64,000 nt of DNA from Balanoglossus misakiensis. Lineage: Eukaryota > Animalia > Hemichordata. A model generated the notes under the pieces. The model saw nothing but the letters and a program-made list of their open reading frames with translations. It did not search any database and had not been told where the DNA came from. Position numbers and translations under genes: made by a program. Below, one piece after another: positions 28,101 through 41,446 of this stretch. The DNA lies in NCBI GenBank assembly GCA_040954595.2, contig CM082578.2, positions 7,735,519-7,799,518 on the forward strand, read 5' to 3'. Positions within the stretch are counted from its first letter, which is position 1; every line of letters starts with the position of its first letter.

Positions 28101-31100
28101 TGAATTAACTTAATAACTTCCCCATATGATTACATTTATCATGGTACAATCATTATTTGTTGTGGTGGCTCATTCACTGATAATAAGTTTACTCAGTGAA
28201 TTAGGGAAAAAAACAATACATTTTTAGATATATCTGATAAACCGCTCTGAAAATGTCAAAAATGGGGTCAAATCTCGGAAAAATAGTTTTATATGTATAT
28301 CCTTATTCCGTACCTCTGCGTGAAATGGCTTGCCGCAGACAATCAAATCGATTAATATTTTTTTATGAAACTGGACTCAACTTTTGATTTTGACAGTAAA
28401 AATTTAATTTCACTTTGCAATTTTTGTAAGAGAACAAGCAGCGTACAAGTTATGACAATTTCGACTCGTACGTCAAAATTATGACAAAATGTGTGCATTT
28501 TCTCAATGTTTACCTTTGTTTTATAAACAAATATATCAGCTTCTAATGGCTTATGTTTTACTTTGTTGCGATTTTCAGTTACCAACAAGTTCCACATCGA
28601 CTCGTCGAGCGGCCGAATCACAACTTTGGATACATTTGACTACGAGGCGGGCGAAGTGGGTTTCGCCGTTACGGTTCGGGCCGAAGATGGCGGTGCAACA
28701 CCATTATCCGTCGATCAGTCTTTCAATGTAGTCATTGACGACTACAATGACCACGCTCCTGAATTCGACAAAAACTACTACGACGAAGTGGTGACTGAAG
28801 GTGATCCCGTGGACACTGTTGTCACAACGTATGCATTGTCCGATGACGACTCGGCCGGCATCACCTCATACACCACGACCATCGTCTCGGGCAACACAAA
28901 CAACAAGTTTAAGATCGACAATGTTTTAGATCAGGTTCAAGTGAGCGCCGTGATTGATTTGGATGTAGCTACTAATGACCCCGACCAATACTATTTGGTC
29001 TTGGAAGTTGTGGACGGTGGCACCCCCGAGTTGACTGGCACTAGCACCGTTCACGTCACCGTAACTCACAGTAACGACCACGATCCAGTGTTCTCGGCTA
29101 CCACGCCAACCACCTTATCGGTAGGCCTGCTATTTTGTTTTTTATTTATTTAAGATTTTTTTTAAATTAAATAACACCAAAAAACACACCAAACATTATG
29201 CGCATTCAATCAAAATTTTCTGCTTTATTATTAACCTAAATTTGTACCTGAGCTAAATATTTGGTTTGTTTTGAAAAATGCTGCATGTAAAACGTATTAT
29301 AATGTACGGACGCTTGAAAGTTGGACTAAAGTGGAGGAAGATGGAAAGAGTGGCACACACGGCTGTGAATTAAAATCAACTAATCTGTACATGTATGTAA
29401 GTCTTTCAGGGAGCATTGGATTTTCACCAACACACGGTCACTGACCGTGGCCAACACAATGAAATTTGTTTTGCCTTCTGTCACAGATAAACGAAAACGA
29501 CGGCGTTGGAACCTTAGTGGGGACTGTTAATGCGGACGACAACGATTATGGTCCCTCTGGTGACATAACATTCTCGATTCAGAGTAAGTCTTGATCAGTT
29601 GGCGCACATGAGCACGAAAGTCAACACTTGCCAACATTTGTTTCGGGGTATGGCACGTCTTTGCGACCCACATCCCAGTTGGTGCGTTTTGTATAGACCG
29701 TGTAACTCAGCTGGATGACTAATTTATTCAGGGTGTGTGCGTTTTTGCGGCCATCGCAAAGTAGGTCAACTAACGCAGGTGTTTGATACCGTCTATCATT
29801 TGATTTCAGATGGAGATACGTATGATAACTTCAATATCGACCCGGTCACCGGCGACATTGAAGTCAAATCCCCCGTCGACTACGAGACGACGGGATCCCC
29901 CATTACCCTGACGATAAAAGCTGCCGATGGTGGCTCCCCTCAGCGGACGGCGACCAGTGACGTGGATATCATCGTGGTGGACGTGAACGACAACGACCCG
30001 GTATGCAACCCGATGAGTTACGTGGAGAGTATCGGAGAAACAGCAGCAGCCGGAACTTCCGTAAGAACACTTTCCTACTTTCACGCTTCATTGCATTACC
30101 CCTGATGCTCCTGTATGTCCCACGGCTGACGGATATTTGTCGAAAATCTAATTTTTTCGCCGGCCGGGGGATTTATTATTTGTTTAACCCTTTCCCTCTA
30201 TGGAAGTCCAAACCATGGCTGTGAAAGGGTTGACCGTGATCCAAACAGTCAAGTTTTGCATTTCCTCTCTGATGATATTTCCGACATCTGAAAATTAACG
30301 GACACAGCTACAAAAATCGCAACCTTTATATGTTTCGAAGACTTAATTTCTTCTTTATGGGCCAGTGTTGAAAGTACACTCCAAGCGTGGAAACTATTTG
30401 TCGCACACGTTACTATCACATATTGTAGGTAACACATACAGAAACTATATTTTTTCTCTTCACATTGCAGGTAGCACAACTGGCGTGCACCGATGGCGAT
30501 GGCGACACACTCACATACTCAATAACGACCGGTGATCTGGGCGATTTCGAAATCGATGCAACCGGTCTTGTTAAGGTTGCCGCGGGTGAGTAGTCAAACG
30601 TTTCTCGATCGATCATCGTTGACCATAATCGCATCAAATGATGGTTGGGCGTGTAGCTTTATTCTCCCTGATCAGAAAGCAACAATTAATTTAGAGTTGT
30701 ATCGTCAAAAGGAGCTTGACACCACTTGTACTGGTGCATGCCGCGACAAGATAGACTGGCAACGCCTCACGTGACTTGCCTTATGTATACGACATTGTCT
30801 CCTGTGCATATGAAGATGGGTGAAAAAAAACAGTTTTGACTTTCCTCTCTTCTATTATTTTTGACGACTGAAAAACAAGCAAAATCGTTCTCATATCCAA
30901 ATATCTTAAATGCTCTCTTCGAACAGCCCACACCATCGATTACGAGTCAGGTCTGGTAAGCTACACACTGGCATGTGACGTCACAGATGGCGTCACCTCG
31001 GTCCAGCCAGTAGTCACTGTCAACATCGACCCAGTAAACGAACACGTCCCAACGTTCACGCCAGCAACGTGGACGGTGACCCATGGCGAGGATACCGGAG

Positions 31101-34100
31101 TTGGTTCTCTCATCGTGGACGCCTCGTCGAACGTGGCTGACGATGATGATCCGCCTCATGCAATCACCGATTATTCCTTGGATTCAGGTATTATATTCAA
31201 CTGCTCATGTTTCGTCATATACCAGCCATGCAACATACACGTTTGCTTCCCTCAGCCCATTACTTAAGTCAAAGAGACTTACAACTTTACTGAACATGCA
31301 AATGTGGCGACCAGTCAACGAGTATGATAATTAACGTGCCTCTGAACATTTTTTTGCCAGTCACGCCCGCGAGCGGAACAAGCAAATTCAGTCTGGACAC
31401 GGGAACCGGCGAGGTTACCCTGGTGCAACCTCTTGACTTCGAGGATGTGCCGTCATACGTCCTGGTCATCACAGTTACCGATGGTGGTGGGTTGACTGAC
31501 ACAGCCACCATCACAGTGACCGTGACTGACGTCAACGACAACTCGCCCACGTGTTCTGATGTACTATTCCTCCGCGATGTTGATGAGGGCACATGTAAGT
31601 ACAAACGATTACTTTTGAGCATCGTGAGTGCTGTTGCTGCCGCCGATCCTAGCGGAGAGTAGCCACTCATTGACAGGTCGAGGGAAAAAAAGAAATTATA
31701 ACTAGATTAATATACTAGTATTGGGAAAACACTGCAGAAGAACATGGTTGAAATAAACGCGTGTGCAAAATAATGGAAATATTTCTGAAATATGAATCAC
31801 AAAACGACAGTCATATTGGGTCACAGTGCAACACAAATCGAAGTACATATGTATATATTGCCCTTATCACAAGTACAAATAGATCCAGAATATTCTACAT
31901 TGTGGTTCAGGATATAAGATGGGAACATGTTGACCATTATTGGATTGTATCGCAAAACAAGCTGGTTGAATTGTGCATCTTCGTACTTTGTCATCGCACC
32001 ACATTTAAGAGTGCTTAGCAATAGGCCCACACTTAACTGAGGTTTCGATTTCCTGTTTTTGCAGTTCCGTATACTGCAGTATCATCGGCTGAACTGGCCT
32101 GCAGTGACCTTGATGCCGGAACTACACTTTCATACTCTCTCACCGCTCAAAGTCCAGCTACCGAATTCAGCGTTGATAGCGTTTCCGGTGACGTCAAGCT
32201 GATTGGTTAGTATATCGAGTTCCTAAAAATGTACACAAAAATAAATTATCGTTACTAACAGCGAACAAGGTTATTTCAACCAATCTCCTCAGCCTGTATG
32301 TTGTACTATTTCGATGGGTCTCGACGACTGCATTCCATAAACTTTTAACTCAACGTCAAATATTGCTAAAACAACACCCAAAGCAACCAATAGGCATCTG
32401 GAAGGCTTTTCCTGCTAAATTTTGGGTACATCTTTATTGTTTTCCATTCGCAGCCGATACCCTGGATTTCGACCTCTCACACCGATTGTACAATTTAGAG
32501 CTCACGGTTACAGATGGAGGTACCCCTCTGAAAAGCGCGGTCATTGAAATCCAGGTAAATGTGCTGCCTGTGAACGAGGGAACCCCAACTTACCTCGCAC
32601 CATTTACTGCGTCCGTGCCTGAAGACTCCCTTGTCGGCACGTACGTACAGACCTGTGTCGCCAATGACGACGACTCGGCCGACACATCGGACGGGGTCGT
32701 CACCTATTCCATCACGAACGGCGACCCGAGCGCGCACTTCTACATCGACTCCAGCACGGCCGTGGTGACGGTCCGCGGCCAGCTGGACGCCGAAACCACC
32801 AATTCCTACGACTTGGAGATCGCAGCCGTCGACGGCCCGGGCCTCACCGCCACGCAGACCCTCCTCGTGACCGTCACCGACGTGAATGACGAGGTCCCGA
32901 CGTGCGCCGAGTACACGTACAGCGACTACCTGTTGGAAGACACGGCGATTGGTACAGTACTGTACTCGCTGGTGTGCACCGACGGTGACGGGGATGTGCT
33001 GACGTACGACATCACCAGCGGAGACGACACCACGTTCATGGTGAACATCAACGGCGAAGTCATACTACAGCAAGCGGTCGATTTCGACACCGGCGATCGT
33101 ACCTTTCCCCTCGAAGTCAACGTATCGGATTCTGTGAATTCTGTGATTGTTTACGTCACGTTTATTGTAGAAGCTGTCAACGAACACCCGCCGGTATTTC
33201 AAGGTGAGTGATACCTTGATAATGAATAATTAACGGGGAATAATTAAGACCGCCATTATTTTGAGTTGTTCTTCGTACGAAATAACGTGGTGCGGCCTCC
33301 AAAAAGAGCGCCTTTTTTAATTTGCGAATTTATGAGATCTTTTCAGTACTCTTCCTTGGTTCGTTCCTTCAAATAAGAGGGGCAGTTAGCTCTGACTATT
33401 TCGGTCTATTTTCAGTATATTTAAACTGTGTATCTACTGTAACTACAGTTGCTTGTTCATAGTTAGGACTTGAATTCATTTGCCAAGAATAATAATGGCC
33501 TTTAATTTTATATACATGATTTGTCGAGAAGTTAATGATTGAGAATTGTAAGATTAGCAAAAAGTTGGAGTTACTGGGCTTTAATGTCACGCTTTTATGG
33601 GGCGAGTCGAAATGTCACGATATCTGCATTCTTCCGAATTATTGTAGGCGCCCCTTACGCACCAATCGTACCCGAAGATACTGCCACGGGCACGACCATC
33701 GAGACTGTACTGGCTACCGACGTCGACTCCGCTGCCACTTCTCACGGCGTGGTGAAATATTCGTTCGGCGCCACGTGTGCCTGCCCAGAGTTCAGCATTG
33801 ACCAGGACACCGGCGACATCATTCTGTTACAGAACCTAGACTACGAGGTTTCAACCGTGCACGTCCTTACCGTCGAGGCCACCGACGGTGACTTCACTGA
33901 TACGGAGACTGTGACGGTCACCGTGACAGACGTCAACGACGAACCACCGGTGTTCACTCAACCGCTGTACAGGTGAGAGAATCACCGTCCCCGACGGCGA
34001 CATCTCGTGTATCCCGTCAGATCTCCCGTCCCACCTGTCATTCGAGCGTGAAAAAAATGGTCCATATTTGGAGGAAAACTACTTTGACAACCTTGTGCAA

Positions 34101-37100
34101 ATTTAGGCTATTTTTTTACTCTAATTTTATACTTTTTATCAACTGCGGCATCTTGTGCGACTTCTGAAGTTAAATCATGATGACATATACCTAGTACATT
34201 CAACATTATTATAATTTTGAAAATTGCATTTAGGGTCCAGACTTGAAATAGAACAGAAACAAACATATGTTTATGTTGAAAAATACAGAACAGTGCTGTC
34301 AAACGTTACATTCATACTGCCCCTTTTATCCGATTGAAAATGATCGGTTGACTCATTTAAGAAGCATGGTGTGGATAGAAATTATAAGCGTGCCATTTGC
34401 AATGTTATATAACCTATCTATCTATCTCTGTCTCTCTCTTTAACAGTGGTTCTGTTTTGGAAGAACAGGCGGCCGGAGAAAGCGTCGTCACTGTTGTGGC
34501 AAACGATGCAGACACTGTCCTCAACGACAACAACGTGATTCGTTATGACATCACAGGTTTGTTCTTTTACAACTCGCTCATGAAAGAGTGTTGGATGTTA
34601 CTTTCTAAGTAAAGATAGTGTACATTTGTACTATCTTCAGTTTTCCACTTACGTGAACTGGTGACTGCAATTTGTATATGTTTTAAAATATAATCCAAGA
34701 AAAATAAATTCTCCTCAAGCAGTAATAAAAATGGACTAATATCATTGTAAATTGAGTTCGCCAATCCAGTGTGCTATGTTTGTTTCTATTCGTTCTCATA
34801 GACGGTGATCCAAGTGGTTTCTTTGCGTTCGCCGACCCTAATATCGGAGAAATAACAACGACGGGTCCCATTGACTACGAAGTTGACCAAACGTTTACCC
34901 TGACTGTGACAGCGGAAGATCTGGACGGCGCCGCCGGTGCCAACACGGCAACGACGTTGGTGACGGTCGACATTAACCCCGCAAACGAAGCCGACCCCGT
35001 TTTCCAATCGACGCCGTACACCGCGCCAGTCAGCGAAGACGCCGATCTGGGGACAACCGTGTTCCAAGTGGACGCCACAGACGGCGACGACCCCGGTCAC
35101 CCCCACGGCCAGGTGAGGTACAGCATCACGGACGGAAACAACGCCGGGCATTTCACCATCGACGAGATCACCGGCGAGATTATCACCGTTGCGCTGCTTG
35201 ACCGGGAGACTAAGGCCACCTACGTACTTACCGTCACCGCCACTGACAGCCCGACTATTCCAGCGGACGAACTGTCAACTGAGGAGAATGTCACCATCAC
35301 GGTGAGTGACGTCAACGACAACACGCCGGTGTTCACACCAGCCGCATACAGCGCCAGCGTCTACGAAGACGAGATCGTCGGTACCCCTGTTGTGACCTTA
35401 ACCACGTTCGATGCTGATGAAGGGGTCAACGGACAAGTAGACATCTCAAAAACGGCCGGTGATGCGACTGACGATTTCGTTCTCGTCGGCAATGACATAC
35501 AAATCAACGCGCCGTTAGACCACAGTGTGAAGGACTTCTACGAGATCACGTACACCGTGACTGATCGCGGAACGCCGTCACTGACGAGTGAGGGCTATGT
35601 TACCATCACAGTTCTGTCCGTCAACAGTTTTGCACCGGTCTTCAACCCGTCGACGGACAGCGTGACCTGGTCCGAATCCACCAACATAGGTCAACTCATC
35701 TACACAGCAGTGGCTACTGACGCTGACGGACCAGGCATACACAGCGAGTTGGCATACTTCATCACGGACGGCGATCCCGGAGCGACTTTCCTGATCGACA
35801 CGTTGACCGGAGACATCACGCTGAGCGCGGTCCTTGACCGAGAAACCATCGCCCGTTATGACCTCGAGATCACCGTGTACGACAACGCCGGCGACACACT
35901 TGCACCGGACACATTAAGCGACGTCATGAACTTGACGGTGATCGTCAGCGACGAAAACGACAACAATCCCGTTTTCAACCCCGACCAATATTTTACCAAC
36001 ATCGACGAGAACGTTCCTGTAGGCTATTACGTCATCACCGTCGTCGCAACGGACACCGACACCGGGACCAACGGCAACGTGCAGTATGGCTTCAGCGCGG
36101 GTCTGGGGCAGGAAAACTTCGATATCGATCCCAACACCGGCGTCATCACCACGGCGGAGGTGATCGACTACGAGACGGACACGATGTTCAGTCTCATGGT
36201 GGAAGCCGTGGACGGCGGGTCTCCATCGGCGCGGACGGGGTTGGCCAACGTGCGCATCGACGTCACCGACCTGAACGACAACGCGCCGATCGTATCTCCG
36301 TCCAACTTCACCGTGGCCATCTCGGAAGACACGGCGTCGTTCACTCTGGTGACCCCGGTCCAGGTGACGGACGCAGACAGCGGGGCGAACGGAGCCGTGA
36401 CGTGCGTCATCGTGCCGAGTACGAATCCCCTCGGCCAATTCGCCGCCAACCCCACCGACTGTGACATATACACCACGAACGTGGGACTAGACAGAGAGAA
36501 TATTGACAGGTACAGGTTGTTTTGTGTTTTTGTTGAAAACTGATTTAAAGTCTAATCCAGACCCGAATTCGTCCGTCAGCAAAAGCCTAGGTTGCTACAT
36601 CCACGCAGATTATGTTTAAATAGCAAGGGAAAATACTGGACATTTGGCACATACCATAAGGAGCAGAACACAAAACTGTGTAGCTGACATACTGTCACGC
36701 TGAAAATATAAGAATTAGCCACGACCTTTTAATTCCACCATGTTTCTGACCCTTTTCTCTGGTGTTATGCGTGTTTTAAGTGCAGTACGGTTTGTCTTTA
36801 CACATCTAACTTTGCATTTTGTTCACAACATACCCACAATTGTATTTGGGAGTGGACAACCTGTGTTTTATAAGTTGTGTTGCGTCATCTAAATTCACAC
36901 CTATCTTTCCAGCTACGACTTGGTCCTCAACGCCACAGACGGCGGCACTCCCATGCTGTACGGCGTCGGCTACATCACTGTGATCATCCTGGACGTCAAC
37001 GACAACCGCCCCGTGATTAACCCGGCATCTTACGCTGTAAGTATCGCAGAAACCACGGCAGTGGGAACCGTTGTTGTGGAGGTTTTGGCCACGGATGCTG

Positions 37101-40100
37101 ATATCGACGAGAACGGGCGATTGACCTACGAACTCACTAATGGAAACGAGCTGGGTGAGTGACAATTATCGTGCGTACGGAATATTGTTGTTGATATCAT
37201 TTGTTCCTCAGTCTCCTTCTATGGTCAAAAAACTCACAACTTACCACGTCTTCAATAATGCCATAGACAATCCGACTTCTACTTTCTATGATAATGCTAG
37301 GGCAAAGTTGTTGTTCTAGCTGTTTTCAGACATTTGTGATCCTGTGTTATGAAGTTTTGATCTAACTTTCGTTAAAAAAAACTTTCTGAGTTGTTTTAAC
37401 AACATTTTTTCCGCACCGAATACAGATCATTTCCACATTGATCCCGACACTGGTGTGATCACGGTCGCTGAAGTGCTTGACCGTGAAACTAAAGCGAGCT
37501 ACGCAATGACGGTCACGGTGAGCGATAATGGTACACCCCAGAGATCATCGACTGCGCCCGTGGATATCACTTTGATCGACGTCAATGATAACACTCCCGA
37601 ATTCACCTTGGATCCCTACATGTTCACTGTTGAAGAAAATGTCCCCATTCCGACGTACGTCGACAGTGTCGCGGCCACCGACCCGGACGCAGGCACCAAT
37701 GGCGAGATCGTGTACTCCATCGAAAGCGGCGCCAACAAGGACCACTTCACTATCAACATGAACACCGGGCAACTCTACACGGACGCACCCATGGACAGGG
37801 AGACCATCGCCCGCTACGAGCTCGTGGTCAAGGCCTCCGACAAAGCCGTTCCCTCCCTCTTCAGCGAGGCGGACGTCATCATCGACGTGGCCGACCTCAA
37901 CGACAACAACCCGACGTTCACAGCGAACCCGTACACGGCGACCATCGACGAGAACACGGCCGTGGGAACCGAGGTGGTGACGGTCACCGCGCTCGACGCG
38001 GACTCGGGGGCGAACGGGCTCATCACGTACTCCATCCCCGCGTCAGAAACGACAGCAAACACATACTTTCAGATAGGGTCCTCCACGGGCGTCATTACCG
38101 TGAAGGCATTGCCCGACTACGAGTTGTACCCGTCCATCGAATTCGAGGTCATCGGCGCCGACGGCGGGGTGGCTCCGAGAACGGCCACCACCACGGTGAT
38201 CGTCACCATCACCGACATCAACGACAACTCGCCGGTCTTCAATCCGAGCTTCTACAGCGAGGAGTTGTCCTACCTGAATGACCTCGGCGAGCCCGTTGTT
38301 ACGGTGACAGCAACAGATTCGGATGCAGGTCAGACTGTGAGCTATTACTTCCAGGAGGCTTCGGATTTGTTTGAATTGGACCAGACGACGGGTGAGTGAA
38401 TTAATCCATGGAAGTTTTTACACATTCCGATTATGAATATTTTTTGTGGGCGTCACTGTTTGAGTTGCTTATTAAAATTGGCTACGAATGCAAGTGGTTC
38501 TCAGCAGCATCTTTTGGTAATATTTATACAGGGGCATAGCTGTAACATTTGCTAAATTTTCAGCGTGTGTGAAATTAATGTAGTTTGTTTTTCTACTCGC
38601 GACAGTGTGCCAGTTGGCAAATACTGAAAATGGCCAAAAGTTATCTTGTTGTCGTGGGAGCTACTGTAGTAATCACACAAGCACGAGGCGGCAGCACTAT
38701 CTCATATTTATCAAAATTTTAATAAAACGACAAAAGGAAAAAGAGTATTTAACGACTGCATGCATGCAAGCACAGATATTACCACTCCGAGACCCGTATT
38801 CGACGTTTTGTCTCATCTTGCTTTCCCGCCATTCCAGGTAACATCCGGGTGATCGTGGATAGGCAACCGCTGAGGGACACCAAGTACGACCTGTTCGTGG
38901 AAGCCAGAGACAGCGGCTCGCCGCAGAGGACATCGAACACCGACGCCACGATTCGCATCGACACTTTCGACCCCTACGAACGGCTCGTCGAATTTTACAT
39001 GTCGGTCAGCATGGACTACTTCTTGGCGACCGAGGATGAATTCATCGCCGAGCTCTCGCTCATCATACAGGAGGACTACCCGACCGGTAGAGCCGGGGTT
39101 TCGCACGTGCTTCGGCGGGAGGTCGGTTCTGGGGTGTATTTGACGCGCCGCTTGTTGCAGACTCAAGAGTAAGTGGTAGAATTGAATGCTGGGAAATTAC
39201 CATGTCAACGAGATCCTTTCCGCGGTTGATGGTGACACATAGGGAAACGTGTTCTAAAACATATTGTTGTACATTCAGTGATGCAGTTTGTAATATCGAC
39301 GTTGGTAATGCGGATTTGAGGGCGTCATTACAAGGGTGTTGTCGGCATTTTGTCCATGACTGGCGGGCACTGCATTGCACAACTAGAAATGTTTAACTTA
39401 GCTAAGGAGGTTGAAAGTATCCACGGTGCTATTCAAATGAAAATATCGCAATGACCTATATGTTTACTCCACTAACAAAATATATTTTTGTATTTTATCC
39501 AGTCATGAGATCACCGTCTTTGTTTACGGCGTCGAAGACAACACTGCCGACACTATTGGCGGGTCCGGCAGAACCAAGAATTTCCTGACCAACACCTATC
39601 TCTTCAATAAATTTACAAGAGATTCGAGTGGAACGCCCTCAGACCAGTTAGTTCGTAAGTCAGCCATAATGCCCGTGGCATCCGTAGTCGTTATTTTTGT
39701 ATGTACACCACATGAACTGAAATATTGAACTTTTGAGTAAAGAAATTGGAAGCCGGGATTAAATCAGGCTGGTGGTTCGAGTAAGTTTCAAAGTGGCCGC
39801 CAAGGCTAGATATAGTGGCTAAATTTGCTAATGTGACGTCCCGTTTTCCCCTCTTTGACAGGCGACCCCTTCACACAGTGGGGAATCTCGAAAGTCTACA
39901 TTCACGAAGATCCCAACGCTGTTCCCTGGTACCAGACGTGGTGGGGGATTCTGTTGTTGACGCTGCTCTCATTGCTGCTGCTGTTCCTCATTCTGCTGGC
40001 CTGCTACCTCATCTGGTTGTTCTGCTGCAAGAAGAAAAAGAAGAAGAAGTAAGTCAGACATCGCAATGATGACGCAATGTGTCGTCTGCCACTCGCCATT

Positions 40101-41446
40101 TTGTCATTGGCCCCTTTCCCGGTCAATCGAGGGTGAACTGCAACAGTCGTTCCAAACAGTGTGTGCTGCGCAGTTAAATTGGCCATGCGTGGTTAATGAA
40201 TAGCCTATTGCCCTTAGTGTGTATCAAATGAAGAAGCAAATGGTATCCGTGCATGATGGCGCCCTCACTAGCCTAAAATTGGCCAATCCATGGAAATCAG
40301 AGTATCTTTGAATAGCTTTCCAGGCGCTCGTGTACACAGACATACAGAAATCAGTCACAAAGTATTCATGATTTCGAAGAAAGTAATAAACAACCGCCAT
40401 TTTGAATCTCGACAGTGTTACTAAGAAACCGGCAGCGAAACCTGACCATGATGAACGCAGACCGAAAAGAGATGGCTGGGGTTCAAACGACGGTAAGGCG
40501 TTGCATTCTTCTTACTGAAAGACCACCGATGTTCCCTTTAATTTTGTCGTGGCATTTATTGTAACACAATATTCTCTAATCATGCGGTCGATATATCAAA
40601 GACATTTTCGTTTTCTTCGTTTCAGTTTACAAGCACAAAAATCCAGCTCATCCAAACACCAACATCCTGATGCTACCGACGGTAAGATATCCGTTGATTT
40701 GCTCGATTAACTTCCTTTCCGACACCCCAAAACAACCACTTCGTTTCGTTTGTTTAACTTTTTCGTGTTTGTAACCAAATGCTCCGTCTGTCGCCCTCTA
40801 CAGAGTCGTCCAGAAACGACAGAGAAGAAACCACCCCCACGAAAACCACCACCGCCAGAGAAGAAACCGAATGCGAACAACAGTAACCAAAATAAGCAGT
40901 TTGATGGACGCGCTGTTGATCCTGGTGGGTATTGGCGAAAAACATACATTTTTAGCTTTAAAAATTAACAAAAAAAAACAGTTTACATTTTCAGTTTGAG
41001 AAATTCAGGTAATGATATCCCGGAGGCTGGAAACTCGACATTTTCGACGGCGCAGCTGTATGAGAACAACACATCATTTCATTATAAGGACACATTCTTC
41101 CATTCTCCATTCCTGCCCGTCAATGGGTGTGAACACGTATATATTGAATCACTGACGAGAAATTTGCAGGACAGTTTTATCTTCAAGGACTAAACAGTTC
41201 AAAATTCGATTGTACCTTTGCATGCTGAGAGAAGGGGGTGTCACATTTGATAAGAGAGAACTTTTAAGCTTATATGACTGTACCACATGGTCGTACAATG
41301 TAGATTTGACGTCGTTTACATCATGAGAATTTGCTTTCGTTTCAGTTACTGGACGTCCGTACGAATACAACACGCAGACGGGACAACGCCGATGGCTGAC
41401 TTTGGCCAACAACAACGTCAATGTCCCGGGGAATGTTTCCTCTTAA
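10095..41446 (+). CDS. Giant non-classical cadherin (Fat4/dachsous/CDH23-like ectodomain of 23 EC repeats, CDHR3/CDHR4-type tail), ~2776 aa, 27 exons
   Basis: Exons: 10095-10194, 25098-25297, 25483-25853, 26212-26420, 26541-26780, 27072-27337, 27562-27739, 28579-29120, 29487-29583, 29810-30060, 30471-30585, 30927-31187, 31361-31594, 32065-32205, 32454-33203, 33648-33972, 34447-34556, 34802-36509, 36913-37154, 37426-38391, 38838-39168, 39503-39654, 39862-40048, 40416-40492, 40626-40681, 40804-40924, 41346-41446. All GT-AG, phases consistent, total 8331 nt ending TAA. Repeated DxNDxxP, AxDxD and LDxE calcium motifs. TM helix GILLLTLLSLLLLFLILLACYLIWLF followed by CCKKKKKK. Confidence 0.92.
16847..16860. 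promoter_or_regulatory. RFX X-box (perfect palindrome) in cadherin intron 1
   Basis: GTTGTCATGACAAC. Confidence 0.5.
17677..17689. promoter_or_regulatory. RFX X-box in cadherin intron 1
   Basis: GTTGCCTAGCAAC, canonical 13-bp X-box in a GC-rich patch. Confidence 0.55.
22769..22942. mobile_element. MITE, 174 bp, TA-flanked (Tc1/mariner-type non-autonomous element)
   Basis: Left TA|CTGTAAAACGGGAAATTTTCGCG and right CGCGAAAATTACCCGTTTTGCAG|TA form a 23-bp terminal inverted repeat with 2 mismatches. Internal TTTTCGCG sub-repeats. Confidence 0.8.

Noticed and set aside
30184-30233. TTAACCCTTT...AAAGGGTTGA piggyBac-like mini element; lone TTAACCCT/AGGGTTAA ends at ~44274 and ~63770
   Set aside because: Too short or unpaired to call without copy-number evidence.
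39166-40052. In-frame stops immediately after the exon 21 and exon 23 donors, suggesting secreted or tail-less isoforms
   Set aside because: A phase-2 GTAA donor automatically creates TAA; no independent polyadenylation evidence.
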